Below, in pieces: positions 1-14,000 of a stretch of 64,000 nucleotides of DNA (position 1 is the first letter of the stretch; each line of letters starts with the position of its first letter). The notes beneath the pieces were generated by a model. It did no database searches. It saw only the letters and a program-made list of their open reading frames with translations, and had not been told where the DNA came from. The position numbers and the translations under genes are program-made. The stretch comes from Dictyostelium discoideum (taxonomy: Eukaryota), in assembly GCA_000004695.1 (NCBI GenBank), contig CM000150.2:1600001-1664000 (forward strand), in the 5' to 3' direction.

Positions 1-167
1 ACAAACATCTAATGAAACTTCTAATTGTTTTCCTTTACATGATCCAACTGTTGAATTTACATAAAAATTAATAACACTATCAAGTGGTAATGATTGAATT
101 AAATTAATAATTGAAATTAATAAAAATAATAAAATTAAATTTTTCATTCTTTTTTTTTCTTAAATAA

Positions 168-176
<9 letters not shown>

Positions 177-208
<32 letters not shown>
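177..208. repeat. (TA)n dinucleotide microsatellite in intergenic DNA
   Basis: Directly visible as tatatatata... across about 32 bp. Confidence 0.9.
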
Positions 209-211
<3 letters not shown>

Positions 212-588
212 TTGATTTAAATAATAATAATAACTTTGAAAAAAAAAAGATTTAAATATTTTTTTTTTTTTCTATTTTAAAATTTTTTATTTTTTATTTT
301 TTAATTTTTTTTTTTGTTTACACATATTTATTTTTTATCTCCATGACACAAATATAATAATAATAAAAAAAATAATAAAAAAAATAAAAAATAATAAAAA
401 AAAAAAAAAAAATCAATAAAAAAGATTTTTTAAAAAGATTTGTCATTAAAAAAATCACCCAACAATAAAAAATAAAAAATGATTCCCAATCGGAACTAAT
501 AATAATTTCTAAAAAATTAAAATTTCTTTGATTAAAAAAAAAAAAAAAAAGTATAACTTTTTTTTTTTTTATTTTATTTTATTTTTTT

Positions 589-687
589 TTATTTCTCTTT
601 TTTTGGTTCTAAAACTAATGAAGGAATCCAAATATCTGAATAAGAATCCATCTTTTCAAAATATTTTTGATATAATTGTAAAGTTCT

Positions 688-718
<31 letters not shown>

Positions 719-2124
719 GGATAATATTAGTAAAAAATTTATAATTAAATAAAAAAAAAATAAAATAAAAATAAAGAAAATTCATACCTTTGATATTTTT
801 CTTCTTTTGTATCTATATCATCATAAAAATTGAAAGGATCAGTGTGAATTTCAACACCTAAAACTTGATGAAACTTTGTATAATTTAAGGAATCTAAAAC
901 ATGAGTATTCCAAAAATTTTCTAAAAATGGTGGTGGATACAATGATGATGTTCTAAATATCCAACGAATTTTACCACTATATTGATCGAAATATTTAGTT
1001 GGAGTATCTTCTAAAATCTTTAAAATAAAAAATCTAACATATTCTTTTGCAGGTGAAAGTTGTAATAAATTTAATTTTAATCTATTTACTACTGGGTAAA
1101 AATTAAAATTATTCATTATATTTGATTCAAAATCATTAATATTTGATTTAATAATTGTTCTAAATTTTTCAATTTCACTACTATCATCATCACCATCTTG
1201 ATCATCATAATCATCATTATAATAATGTGATGAAATCTTTCTTTTCTTATTTCCCTTTTCAACTTGTACTTGATCCTCTTCTTCTTCTTCCTTTTCTTCT
1301 TCTTCTTCTTCTTCTTCATTATTTTTATAGTCACCACCATCTTTCTCTTGTTCCTCTTCTTTTTCTTTCTTTTCATCTTCTTGATCTTTTGAGGTTTTAA
1401 TAGTTAACCGTTTATTATATAATTTTGAATTTTCAATTGAAGATTGTAGTTGTGGTTGTGGTGGTTGTGGTGGTTGTGGTGGTTGTGGTGGTTGTGGTGG
1501 TTGTGGTTGTGGTTGTGGTGGTGGTGGTGGTGATGGTATTTCTTTTAATGCAGTATAAAAGGAACTAAAATAAACAAAACCATTTGAGAATTGATTTGGA
1601 TTGTTTTTTATAATTGCACCGATTTGAGCGAAAATATCAGTGAGTGATTTAATATATAATAGACCACTATGTGATGATATATACTCTTGAATATCATTAT
1701 AGTTGAAATAATATTTAAGCATTTCTTTATTTACTTGTTTTTTCTCTTGTAATGTATACTTAAATTTCTCTTGTAAATAATCTTGAATCTTAATTAAATT
1801 TAAAAGTGAAAATTTTATAATTTCTTGATATGATGATTTTTTATTTGGTATTTCAATATCATCATTATTATTATTATCATTATTTGTTGTTTTTTCTTCT
1901 TGACAAAGATAACATATACAAGGTATTGTTTTTAAATTTGATTTTGATTGTTTAATTAAATTGATATGGTTACTTTTTATATTGTCTTTAGCTTTTATTT
2001 TAAGCTCTCTAGAGACTTTGCGTATTTCATCAAATGATAATCCATCAAATATCCTTGCATTATAGGTGAACAATATCTTTTCGCTTGATTTAACCTTAAA
2101 TTTATGAAATGAAACTTCACTCAT
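589..2124 (-). CDS. Hypothetical protein with a (PQ/PPQ)n repeat and a long acidic Glu/Asp tract. Proposed exons are 2124..788 and 685..589.
   Basis: The 459-aa ORF starts at a real ATG (minus 2124). The track ORF reads on into AT-rich sequence. Instead a GTATGA donor follows ...EEKYQR at minus 787-786, then a 102-bp AT-rich intron with poly(A) and a TTAG acceptor. A GC-richer in-frame terminal exon at 685..589 encodes R-TLQLYQKYFEKMDSYSDIWIPSLVLEPKKEK and ends in TAA. The (GGTTGT)n repeat at 1449..1531 encodes the PQ repeats. Confidence 0.5.
1449..1531. repeat. (GGTTGT)n / (GGT)n hexanucleotide coding repeat that encodes PPQPPQ... on the minus strand
   Basis: Directly visible tandem ggttgtggtggttgtggtgg units. 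Confidence 0.9.
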
Positions 2125-2466
2125 TATGAAAGTTATGTCTCTATATCATTTCACTTCGTGTATTAAAAAAACTATTTAATATATGATTGTTTTTTTATTT
2201 TTATTTTTATCTATTTATTTTTTATTTTTTAAATATATAATAAGAAATGATGATGTAGATTATAATGAATAATAAAAAATTGAGAAGAAAAAAAAAAAAT
2301 TAAAAAATAAATTAAAAAAAAAAAAATCAAAAGATTCTCTGAAAAGGAAGGAATTCAATGAAGGTTGTTTTTTTTTTTTATTATTATTTTTATTTTAGTT
2401 TTTTTTTTAATTTTTTTTTTTTTATTTATTTATATTGTTTAATAAAAAAAACAATATAAATATAAA

Positions 2467-3407
2467 ATGTTTAATAATACAAATAAAATTATAGAAATTG
2501 AAAGAAATAATAATAAAAATATTGAAAAGGAATTATTCTATAAATATTTAAATGAAAACGAACCTATAATATTCACAAAATTTTCAACAGATTGGGAAGC
2601 ATTATCAAAATGGAATGATCCCAACTATCTCATCAATATTATTGGTAATGATCATATAGTGGATGTTAACAAATGTTCATTTGGTGGTTATTATAAAGAT
2701 ATTATCAAAATTAAATTCTCTGAATTCATATCAAAATCAATAAATAATCAATTTGATAATTTTGATTTAAATGGTATTTATTTTATTTTATTTTATTTTA
2801 TTATAAAAATAAAATTATAATAAAAATAATAAATTTATTTATTATTTAAATAGGAAATAAAATTAAAAAAGTAAATAAACCTTATTTAAGGAATTTTGAA
2901 ATGTTTGAAGATTTCCCAATTTTCGAGCAAGATATTAATTGTGATATTATATTTGACAAAGATAAACATAATTTAATTGTAAAGAGAGCATTTATTGGGA
3001 GTGTTGGATCAGCAACAAGTTTTCATATTGATACTGGTGATAATTTAGTTACTGTAATTAAAGGTTGTAAATTCATTGTAATGATATCACCAAATGATTC
3101 GAAATTTTTAGATTTTCAAAAAAGTAGAGAAATAGAAATATCTTTTAATCAAAATGATAATGATGGTATCCCATTAGAATATCATCCAGCTTTTTCAAAT
3201 TGTAAATATATTTATAAAACTTTATTAAGAAAAGGTGAATCATTATTCATACCAAATAATTGGACACATTATGTTCATAATATATCTGATCATGATGATA
3301 ACTTTAATGAAGATAATAATAATAATAATAATTGTAATAATAATAATAATTTAACAATTAGTGTTAGTTGTTGGGGAAAATCAATATATGATTTAGTTGT
3401 TGGATAA
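2467..3407 (+). CDS. JmjC (cupin-like) domain-containing protein. Proposed exons are 2467..2782 and 2854..3407.
   Basis: The two track ORFs (2467..2820 and 2901..3407) are in different frames. A GTATTT donor at 2783 and an AAATAG acceptor at 2852-2853 (phase 1) join them without stops. Motifs [17 protein letters not shown] and [24 protein letters not shown]...NNWTHYVHN are typical of the JmjC double-stranded beta-helix fold (H-x-D ... H). Confidence 0.55.
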
Positions 3408-3472
3408 AAAATAAAAAATAAAAAATTTTTAAAAAAAAGAAAAAGGGTAATATATTTATTTTTTATTTTATT

Positions 3473-4732
3473 TTATTTTTTTATTGGTATAATTGTTCTT
3501 CCAGATCTTGTTTGTAAAAGAGGAGTAGCAGTAGTGGCAGTAGTGGAATTGGTATTGGGTGTAAAAGTTGGTTGATTTCTATTAACTCTTTTTTTGTGAT
3601 TTAAATTAATTACCCAATCTAAATGTTTTAAATCATTTTCATATTTTAATTGATCTTTTTGTTGATTTGTAAGATCTTCATTTGTGATTAATCCAATCTC
3701 CATATAATATTGAAGTGTTTCAAATCTTCTATTTTCAACCATTTTTTCAATGAGGCAACTAGAGAAACCCAAAGATGGTATAAAAGTTCTTAATAATTCA
3801 AATTTACCAATACCATGTCTAATTACTCTAAAAACATCATTTTTAGTTTGAGTTGCAATGTTATCTTTTATCAAGTACTGTTTAATGCTTGGTAAAACGA
3901 TACCATTGGAAAATGTTAAAAAGTATTCCAAAGTTTGATTATCACATTCTGGTGAGAACAAAGATTTAATAATTTTATAACCTGTTAAAAATTCAATTGT
4001 TGAAGGTAATGTTGAATATTCAATATCTTTTACTAATAAAAGATCAACAATATCCAATCTTGATTTTGCAATTGCACATGACAATATCCAATCTTTACAT
4101 TTTTTAACATCTTTACCATACCACATTTTTAAGAGTGGTTGTTGTTCAGATTCATCTTTTGATTCATCAAAATTCTTTATAGTTGTTAAATTTATTAATT
4201 CAATAACATCTTCTAAAGTTATAAATTGAAATAATCTTGAAGTTGTAAGTGGAGGAAATTCAGAAACTGTTTTTGTTGCAACCAATTGTAAATGATTAAA
4301 AGCCAATTGAAATTCACCCTCTTCTATTAAAACTCTAAAATCTTTTGACCCATCAGGATGATAAAATGGATCAGAAGGATTATTATAATAATAACTTCTT
4401 TCCTCTGGGAAATAACTTTTAAATGTAGAATACTTTTCAAGTAAACTAAAATTTTGAAGTTCATAAATTGATTTAAAAATTTGAGATGCTGTATTTGAGT
4501 GTCTTTTTGATCTAATTCTACAAATAGATGAATTTTTTAAGCAAGGTAATCTTGAACTTGAAAATTCATTAAAATTTGAATTACTAAATGATCTAACAAA
4601 TAATTTTGATAATTTTCTATCTAATAAATGAAACCAATAAAATAATACAAAATTTGATACAACATTTTTTAAACTTTCATTATTAATATTACCACTATTA
4701 TTATAAGGTTGATAATTTAAAAGACCATAATA

Positions 4733-4767
<35 letters not shown>

Positions 4768-7291
4768 AATCTAAAATATAATTTGAATGATTTGGTAATA
4801 CACTTGGATAATTAATTTCATGTTCTTCATAAATTTTATTAACTTCAAGTAAATTATTTAATGTTACACCAGTTGATTGTAAGATTGAAATATATAAACT
4901 ATGGTAAATGAAAATCCAATCCTTTGAAGTTGGAAATAAATTTTCATCAATCAATTTCTTTAATATGTCTTTAGCATCAGAGAATTTGATATTTGTACTA
5001 AAATGACCATTGATATCATATTGATAATCTTTTGAACGAACATCATGAAATTCATAAATTCTTTTTTGAAAACTTAATTTATTTTTACAATTATCAATCA
5101 TTTCTAAAATTAATTTTCTATTTAAATTAACTGAATCTAATATAATTGAAAATTTTTTAAAATCAACTATATGAACTAAATGTATTAATAAATCTGATGA
5201 TAATTTAAATATTTTTTCATTAATATTATCTAAATTTGTAGTAGTTGTTGTTGTAGTTGTTGAAGTTGTTGTTGTTGTTGAAATTGGTTTAAAAATTTCT
5301 TGAAATTGTTGATTTGATTTTTCAGTATTTATTAATAATAATAATTCTAAAAGGTAACAAAATATACTTGGTGTAAAAGATTTGAAACCACTTGATTTTA
5401 AATAATTAAATAATTGATCCCTTGAATTTTCATCTTTAGTGAATTTTGAATCTTTAATATCAATATGATTATCTAATTTACCTTGATAATCGTCATATTC
5501 ATCATGTTCATCATATTCACCTTCAGCATAAACATCGGGATGGGATGAAGGTCCAACTTTTTTAAAATCATAAAATTCTGGTGAAATTCCATTTTTAAGT
5601 GGTTGATTCTCTAAAAATGATTTTTGAAATAAAATTTGAAATTTATTATTATTTTGATCACTATCAATTGAAACAACCTTATCAATACTTTCAATAGTTG
5701 AAATATCACAGTCTTTTAAAGCTCTTAAAAATGATAGATAATAAATTTCTTTATTTGAAAAATATTTATTTTTTAATAGAGATTGTAATTCAATAATTTG
5801 TTGTTCTAAATCTTCTTTTTTCTTTAATTGATTACTATTTGATGATGCTTTAGATCTAGTTGAGGAGGCAGTGTTGGTGGATGATGTTGACAATGATTCA
5901 ATTTCTTTATTTATTGATTGAATATTTGAATTTATTTGATTTTCAGATTCTTTTTGGCATTCTAATAATTTTGTATGAAAATAATTAGCAAGTTCAAAAT
6001 TTGAAAATTGTAAGAATCTTTGTCTAACATTTAAATAAATTGTAATATCATCTTTAAATTTAACTATTGAATCTTTTTTATTACTAGTATCATCAACTTT
6101 TTCTTTATTATTATCATCATCATTACCATCAACATCATTATCATCATCATCATCATCTTCTTCTTCACCATCATTGATTGTTGAAGCTGAGAATAAGTTT
6201 GTATTTTCATGTTTCTTTGTAAATTTATGAATTGATGGAACTAAATGATAGAAATCCTTATGTTGAATAATGAAATCTATAAATTCTTTTGATTTAATAA
6301 TCCATGGTATTGTATTGAATCTTTTAAACTCTAATGGATGTAAATGAGGAAGTAATAAATTGGTGATATATTGAATTGTTTCTTCATTAAAATTAAAAAA
6401 ATGTTTATTTGCAGGGAAACTATTGTATAATGTCTCTAGGAAATAATTTTTTTGTTTATATTCATTAATAACACCTGTATTCATTAAAGTTGAAATTTTT
6501 AAAAGTAAAGATGGAATGGTTGAAAATTTTAAATGACCATCTCTATTTTTATTAATAAAAACTGTATGCTCTCCAAGAATTTTTTTATCATATTTTTCAT
6601 TGGGGGTAGTTGTTGTTGTTGTAGTTGTTGATAATTTTTCACTTTCATCTGATGAATATACCTTTCCTTTGAAAATTAATTTAACTATACTACTAAACCA
6701 ACTATCACTAAATTCAATACCATTTTGGTTGAAATAAACTGTTAAGAATTTAAATAAATCATCTTCTTTAATACATTGAACTGTAATTGGTTGACCAATT
6801 AATAAATCTCTACTGATTTTTTTTTTGGGGTCTATTGGTTTTATTCTCTTGTCTTTATCTAAACCTTTGAATTGATCTTTATGTTTAATTATGAAATTTA
6901 GACAATCCAAATTTAATGATTGACTTGCATAATATGCTACCCAATATTTATTTTTTTCACACATAATTGCACCATGAGTGAATTCTATTGGTTGTTTATA
7001 TAAATTTAAATAGTTTAAATAACATCTATCATTTAGATTTGTATCACCTAATTGAATAACAATTGCTCTGATTTTCTTTTCAACAAATTCATGATCGTTT
7101 TTATTATTTAAAATCTCTTTAATTTCATCATTTCTTTTCTTTAATTCTAATTTCTTTGCTGTATTTTCACTATAAATATATGAAATTGCACCTTTAATAT
7201 ACTTTTCAATTTCTAATTCATTTTTGAATATTGGTATTGGTGTACGAATTTTATAATTTGAAAATTCTGGTATTACTTTCATTCTACCCAT
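3473..7291 (-). CDS. Large hypothetical protein (1272 aa) with poly-Thr, poly-Asn and acidic low-complexity tracts. I recognise no domain.
   Basis: Long uninterrupted ORF with a true ATG at minus 7291. Its codon usage matches neighbouring genes, and a poly(A/T)-rich promoter region lies upstream. Confidence 0.6.
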
Positions 7292-7814
7292 TTTTTAATT
7301 TTTTTTTTTTTTTTAAAAAAAAAAACTTATTTTTTTGATTTTTTTTTTTTTTGATTTTAAATTAAACAAATATAAATAAAAATTAAACAAATAAAAAAAA
7401 TATTTCTATTTAGAATAAAAAAATTTGAAAATAAAAAAAAAAAAAAAAAAAAAATTATTATTATCAAAAAAAAAAAAAAAAAAAATCAAAAAAAAAATTA
7501 AATAAAAAATAAATAAAAATCAAAAAAAAAAAAAAATAATAATCTGGGTCCAAGATATTTTTATTTTTTCTTTGAACAATCAAATTTATTAGTAAAAAAT
7601 TATTTTTTTGAGAATTTTTTAAGATTCTAAAAATAGAAATTTTTTTATTTTATTTTTGATAAATCTATTTTAAAATTTTTTAAAGTGTATAATTAAATTT
7701 ATTTTTATTATTATTGTTATTATAATTATTATTATTATTATTATTTTGAATATTTGTTGTACCACCAATAATTAAATCATTAAATGGTATCCAATTTTGG
7801 TGGTTATCTAATTG

Positions 7815-9553
7815 CTATGTGGTGATTTCATCCAACATTTGGAATGGTACATTAATACTATCCTTTTTATTATTATTTTTGTTTACTTTTGAACCACTAT
7901 TTTGGGATACTCTTGTCTTTATGAAAATTGCAACTAATGCTGCTACAATAATGAATAATACAGTTGGTAATATTATTAATAAATATAATTTTTTATTACC
8001 ACCACCACCACTATTATTATTAGATTTTGAAGAATCTACTGCAGATTTCCCAACACTATCAATTTCACTATCCCCATCATCATTATTTTTATTATTATCA
8101 TCATCAGTTGTTGATGGTTTTGTTGAAATTTTAATTTGGAAATATCCTGAAATCATTTCAATTATTTCATTTGAAACTGTTGAATTTGGTGAATTATTTA
8201 TAAATGATAGCATTGTTGTATTGGTGGTTTTTGGTGATGATAAAGTATGGTATGATTTACTTAATTCACAGATGAATAATGTGTCAGTTGATAATAAAAC
8301 ATTTGAACAATTTCTTTTATTTCCATTTGGTTTTTCAATAATTACAGTAGCGTTATTTAAAAAGTTTTTACCAATTATAGTTATAAGGGTAAGTTTTTTA
8401 TCTTTGTACCCAATTACTTTATCAATTATTGGATTTGCATAGCAATAGGTAAGGTTTGAATTACCGTTGTTGTCAATTGGATTTAATAGATTATCAATGG
8501 TAATAGTGTATCCACAACCGGTGCCATTGGTTAAATAACATCTTATTGAAGTTTGAGATGATGTTAAAGTTTCACAAATTTTATTACCAATTTTAATACT
8601 TGGTTCATAATCATCAGTATAAAAGAAACTACCTTTAAATTCAACAACACCACCAACACTATTTGTTCTTTCAATACTTTTAATTATAGAATTTGGTTGA
8701 AAATGTTTACTTGAACTTTGTCCATTTTTATAAGAAATTGTTATCTTTCCCATTTCAATATCTTCAATATCAGTTATATTAAATTTAATTATATCATAAC
8801 CTTTTGAAACTGATGATGATGGTCTAGTAGGTGTTGGTGTAGGTACTGGTGTTTTAGTTGGTTTTGATGATTTTGTTGGTTTTGGTGTGGTAGTTGGTGG
8901 TGGTATAGTTTGTGATGTTGGAGTTGGTGTTGAGGTTGGAGTTGGTGTTGATGTTGGAGTTGGTGTTGAGGTTGGCTTTGATGTTGGTGAGGTAGTTTGT
9001 GGTGGTACAGTTGGTGATACAGTTGGTGGTATAGTTTGTGATGGTGTTGATGTTGGTGTTGAAGTTGGCTTTGATGTTGGTGTTGGTGTTGGTGTTGGTG
9101 TTTGTTTTGAAAAATCAGAACTATCAGAAACTTCAAATCTATCATCATTTAATTGGTCTGGATTTATTGAAACAGTTGGAATTGGATTATTTTGTGGTTC
9201 ACCTGTAACATTTAAAACTTGTCCTTTTATAAATTCAAAATCATGTATTTTATCACCCAAATATGTTACTGTCAATCCAGTTTTATCAATAGAAAAATGG
9301 CCACTAATTATAATTTCATAATATAATGGTAAATGGTCATTTGAATTAATTTTAACAATTTCTGGTGATTGATCATCTATTCATTTTTAAGATTTAAAAA
9401 AAATAAAAAATAAAAAATATTAATATATAAATTTAAATAATAAAATAAAATAAAATAAATAAAAAAATTAAATTTATTACCTTTTTTATTTGATTTTCCC
9501 AATGAATTTGAAACTAATAAAAATAAAAAAACTAATAGAATAAAATTCTTCAT
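7815..9553 (-). CDS. Secreted or type I membrane glycoprotein with a Pro/Thr-rich mucin-like stalk (TPTPTS repeats) and a C-terminal transmembrane segment. Proposed exons are 9553..9481 and 9376..7815.
   Basis: Exon 1 encodes the signal peptide MKNFILLVFLFLLVSNSLGKSNKK. A GTAATA donor follows at minus 9480, then a 104-bp AT-rich intron and an ATAG acceptor at 9378-9377. Exon 2 is in phase with the track ORF 7815..9275. The (GGTGTTGGAGTTGGT)n plus-strand repeats encode the PT tract. The hydrophobic LYLLIILPTVLFIIVAALVAIFI lies near the C-terminus. Confidence 0.55.
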
Positions 9554-9760
9554 TTTTTTTTGAGAGTTATTTTTAACTTTTTATTACCCTCTTATTATCT
9601 TTTTTTTTTATTTTTTTTTTTTATCTTTTAAAAATTCTCTATTTTTTTCTAATTTTATTAAAATAAATAATATAAATAGATTGAGTGTGAATAACAATGC
9701 GGTTCAAAAAGTCTATTTAAAAAAAAAAAAAAAAAAAAATTAATATTAATATTAATTATA

Positions 9761-9828
<68 letters not shown>

Positions 9829-9967
9829 TAAAAATAATAAAATTAATGGTTCAAAATAAACCACTCACCTTTCAAATTTTATAAAAACAATAAATAAAGT
9901 GGTGATTAAAAAAAAAAAAAAACTTAAAAAATAAATTTAAACTATTTTTAAATCTCAGTTTCACCAA

Positions 9968-10000
<33 letters not shown>

Positions 10001-10863
10001 CCAAAAAATAACCACACACCCACTAATTTATTGTAAATATGGTTTTAATGAAATAAAAAAAACAAAAATAAAAACAACAATAATAAAAACATTGAATGGG
10101 GTCACAATTTAGAATTTCCACCCAATCATTTTTTTTATTTAAAACATTTTCTTAATTTAGCTACTTTAAAAAAACACAGTAGAAAAAAAAAAAAAAAAAA
10201 AAAAAAAAATAATAAATAAATTTTTAATTAATAATTATATTTCTCAATGTTCATTTGCAAAGATATAATCACCCATTACTCTATCATCACTATCACAAAA
10301 ACCCAACACAACCACTTTTTTTTTTTTTAAATTAAAATCAAAAAACACTTTCTCACCAAAAAATAAAAAACCCACAGTTCTCTAAATTTGCTTTCCAACC
10401 ATTTAATTATTTCTTTAAGAAACAATATTTGATTGCAACTACTCATCATATATATCATTATTAATAATATTATTATTATATTTTATTTTCATTGATTTCT
10501 TTTTATTATTTTTTTCAGTTTTAATTTGCTCATTGCCAATAATAATTTAAAAAAATAAAAATAAAAACAATAATAAAATTTCAAAACAAAAAAAACTTTT
10601 TTAATTATTAATAATAATTAATAATTTTTTTTATTATTTTCACTTTCTGTAAACATTTCTATACTTTTGTTATTATCTTAGATCCACATTGTTATAATGG
10701 TATTTGTTCTACACTTTAAACCTTCTATTGACGTTTTAAAACAGAAATCTAACTATCCTCTATAATTAAATATTTTTTTGTTTCTTCATTTATCTAATTA
10801 TAGTGGTCAACTTTTTTTATCAAAATTTAATTGGATGTGGCTTGCATCCTAAATCAAACAGAT

Positions 10864-10878
10864 AGGGAGATCGGTACA
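10864..10878. repeat. Target-site duplication (left copy, gggagatcggtacac) flanking the TRE3 insertion
   Basis: The identical 15-mer recurs at 15405..15419, immediately outside the element's poly(A) end and its 5' end. Confidence 0.7.
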
Positions 10879-10998
10879 CTTTTTTTTTTTTTTTTTTTTA
10901 CCTGTGATCAGACCTTCAAGGAATGTCCTTGTGTCTTTTCGGCGGTGTTTGTTAAACGGTTTTATTTTTATTATTCAATTGTATTAAATTTTTTAAAC

Positions 10999-11077
<79 letters not shown>

Positions 11078-11082
11078 ACTAC

Positions 11083-14000
11083 TTAAATTGGAAGAGGGTT
11101 CGGAGCTGCTGGGGTTTGCCAGGCTTTGTTGAATTTGTATTTGTGAAGATCTTGATTGGTGTTTTTTAGTATTGCTTCGTCGTGTTTGATTTTCTTTAGT
11201 GTGATGAATTTTTCAGTTTCGATGAGATTTAGTAATTCTGTTTCTATGACCTTTTGCTCGAATTTTGGCTCTGGTTTGCTTTCATCAGTGTTGAACAATT
11301 TGTGACAGATTATCTTCCATAATTGGTGTGCTATTATTCCTATGAGATTGGGGAAGATTCTCTCAGTTCTGTTGTATTTTGATATGTCTAAGGTATCCAT
11401 TGACCATCTGTGGATTTTGATGAATGATAATTTGTTAACTGTTGATATGATGGTTTTTTCAATATCTAGGATATCTTGGCATAGAGTGAAGAGGTGAGAA
11501 TAAGGGTCTCTGAATAGGTGGCCACAGATCTTGCATCTGGTGTCTCTTTCGTGGTTGATACCTGGAAGTGATCTTGAGAAGAATCTGAAGAGGGTGTTTC
11601 TACCTTTTTGGTGAGAAATGCTGTTGATGTTTATGAATACTTTGGGTATTTCTGTGTTGTATCTCACCGCCCATAACTTCTGCCATTCTGTTCTTCTTGG
11701 TGTTGGGTGTCTGTCTTTGATCATGAGTTCGTAAATTTCTTTCAGTTTTAGTGGTTCATCATTGTCGTTTCTTATACAGTCTGGAAGTTCATTTATCTTT
11801 GGATGATTTTGGTAAAATTTGACTCTGAATACACCCCAGTGTCTGCACATATCGTTGAGGGTTGAAGTGTGGGCTTTTTTTCTACTTAATTGCTCCATGT
11901 ACCATTCTTGTAAAGTATTGTTGTTGTTGTTGTAGTTGTTATGGAGTAGCCTGTTCATGTACCAGATTTTGAATGCTATATGTCTTAGTTCTATATCCCA
12001 TAATTTTATGCCTCCTTCTTTCCAATCTGCATATGCTCTGTCTATTTTCATCATAGTTTTGTATTTTCTCTCTTCTGTATATGTATTCTTAACTGAGGAG
12101 AATAAGAACCATCTGGTCATGTTATTGATTTCCTCAATTTGTTCTTCATTTAGATTATCCATGTATTGATGGTATGTTAATTTGGATAGAACGTATGTTT
12201 TGAGAATTGTCATCTTTGCCTTCATCGTTATTGCTTGTGATTTCCATTTGATTAGATTGTTTTTCATTTCTTGGATTAAAGTGTTGTATTTTGAATTTAA
12301 ACCTGTTTTGGTGAAATTGAGGCCAAGATATCTTTCTGGGACTGTACTCTCTTGGAATGGTAGATCGTGTGGTTTATCTCCTATTGCTATCATTACTGTT
12401 TTCTCTTTGTTTAACGATGATGATGTTGCTGAGCAGTACTTTTGGATTTTAGTATTAATTTTCATTAGTTCTTCTGTGGAGTTTGTAAAGGTTGCTATGT
12501 CGTCAGCAAATGCAGTGAGTTTTAATGATTTGGAATTTGGTAGAGTGAAGCCTTTGATTGTATTATCATTGATGATATCTATTAGAAGTGGTTCTAAAAC
12601 TAGAGCAAAGATTGTTGGTGATATTGGGTCTCCTTGTTTTGTTCCTCTTCTGATTGTTATTCCATTGACTAAAAAGTCGTTGATCTTTATTTTGTTTTTA
12701 GTATCTTTGAGTAGGTTTAGTAGGATCGCTGTGAATTTTGGGGGGATACCAATATGCTCTAATGTTCTTGTGATACTCTTGTGGCTGATTGAATCGAATG
12801 CTTTGTTAAAATCGTAAAAGGTAATGAGTGTATTGTTCTTTCTTTTGTTACTTATTTCTATTACTTCCTTCATGATCTGAATATTGTCTTGGATGAACCT
12901 GTTTGGAACAAAGCCGTTTTGAAATTTGTTGATAATTTTACTGGTGATATCTAATAATCTACTGTTGAGAATTTTGCTTAAAATTTTGTAATCTGTATTG
13001 AGAAGGGTGATTGGTCTTCTATTTGAAATGTTTAGTTCATCTCCTTTTTTGAATATTGTTGTTATTACTCCTTCTTTGAATTTTGTGGGGATTTCTTTCT
13101 TATTTGTGAGGAGGTCGTTGAAAGCTATAGTCAATATTCTTGCTATTGAGTTGATGTGGTACTTGTAGAATAGTGCATTGATACCGTCTAAACCTGGAGA
13201 TTTGTGGATACTTGAAGTTTTGATTGCTTTGGTCACTTCATGTATTCTTATTGGTCTGTCTATCTCTAGTTTCTTGATTAAATCAACGTCTACTTCCCAT
13301 TTTTCTAATAACTTCTTGTGGGTTTCTTCGTTATCTTCTTTCTCTTCATATTGATCTTGATAGAATTCAACAAATCTTTTTGCTATGTTCTCTTTATCTG
13401 ATATGGGCTTATTATCTTTATCTTTTATTTGGAATATTGATTTATCTTTGGCTCTGGATTTAAGGATACTTGTGAGGTATTTGCTTGGTGTTTCTTGATG
13501 CAGGTGGAGTTTTAATTTGATATCCCATGCTTTTACCTTTCTTTCTTCTTCTAATATTCTACTTATTTCTTCATTGAGTTCTTTTCTCATCTTTGGAATG
13601 ATATCACTATTTTCAAGTAATTTGTGGATTACGTATTTTCTTTTGTTCTTTTCTTTCTTTATTTTGTTTTGTTCTTTTTTTAAATAATCTCTGATGACAT
13701 TATTTTTAAATTTCGTCCATTCCTCCACTGATTTGATCTTATCTTTGTTCTTACTGATTAATTCTGATAACCCATCATGTATATGTTTGTTGTTGAGAAT
13801 TTCTTTACATAATGTCCAAGGGAGTCTTTCTAGTTTGGTTGTTGTTGTTGTTGTTGTTTCTCTGTTGGTTTGTATTGAGATTGTGATGGGAAAGTGATCT
13901 GATTTGTTAAATACTGTGTTGTGGACTACCAATTTTGAATTTTGGTTTAGTAGTGTTGGATGACAGTAGATTCTATCTAGTCTCTTCATTGATCTTGGAA

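Noticed and set aside
8789-9321. His/Gln-rich and Gly/Val-rich ORFs (8789..9148 minus, 8887..9321 plus, 7819..8442 plus) overlapping the PT-rich glycoprotein gene
   Set aside because: They are alternative-frame or antisense readings of the (GGTGTTGGTGTTGGA)n repeat that encodes the genuine Pro/Thr stalk.
9658-9864. ORFs made mostly of poly-Phe/Lys/Asn. Others of this kind are 10831..11169, 28606..28890, 29473..29676, 29782..29967, 47029..47412, 47433..47687, 48541..48741, 54069..54305, 58977..59168, 60861..61109, 61689..61871 and 61935..62123.
   Set aside because: These are translations of intergenic poly(A)/poly(T) homopolymers and AT microsatellites. They have no complexity, no start context and no matching codon usage.
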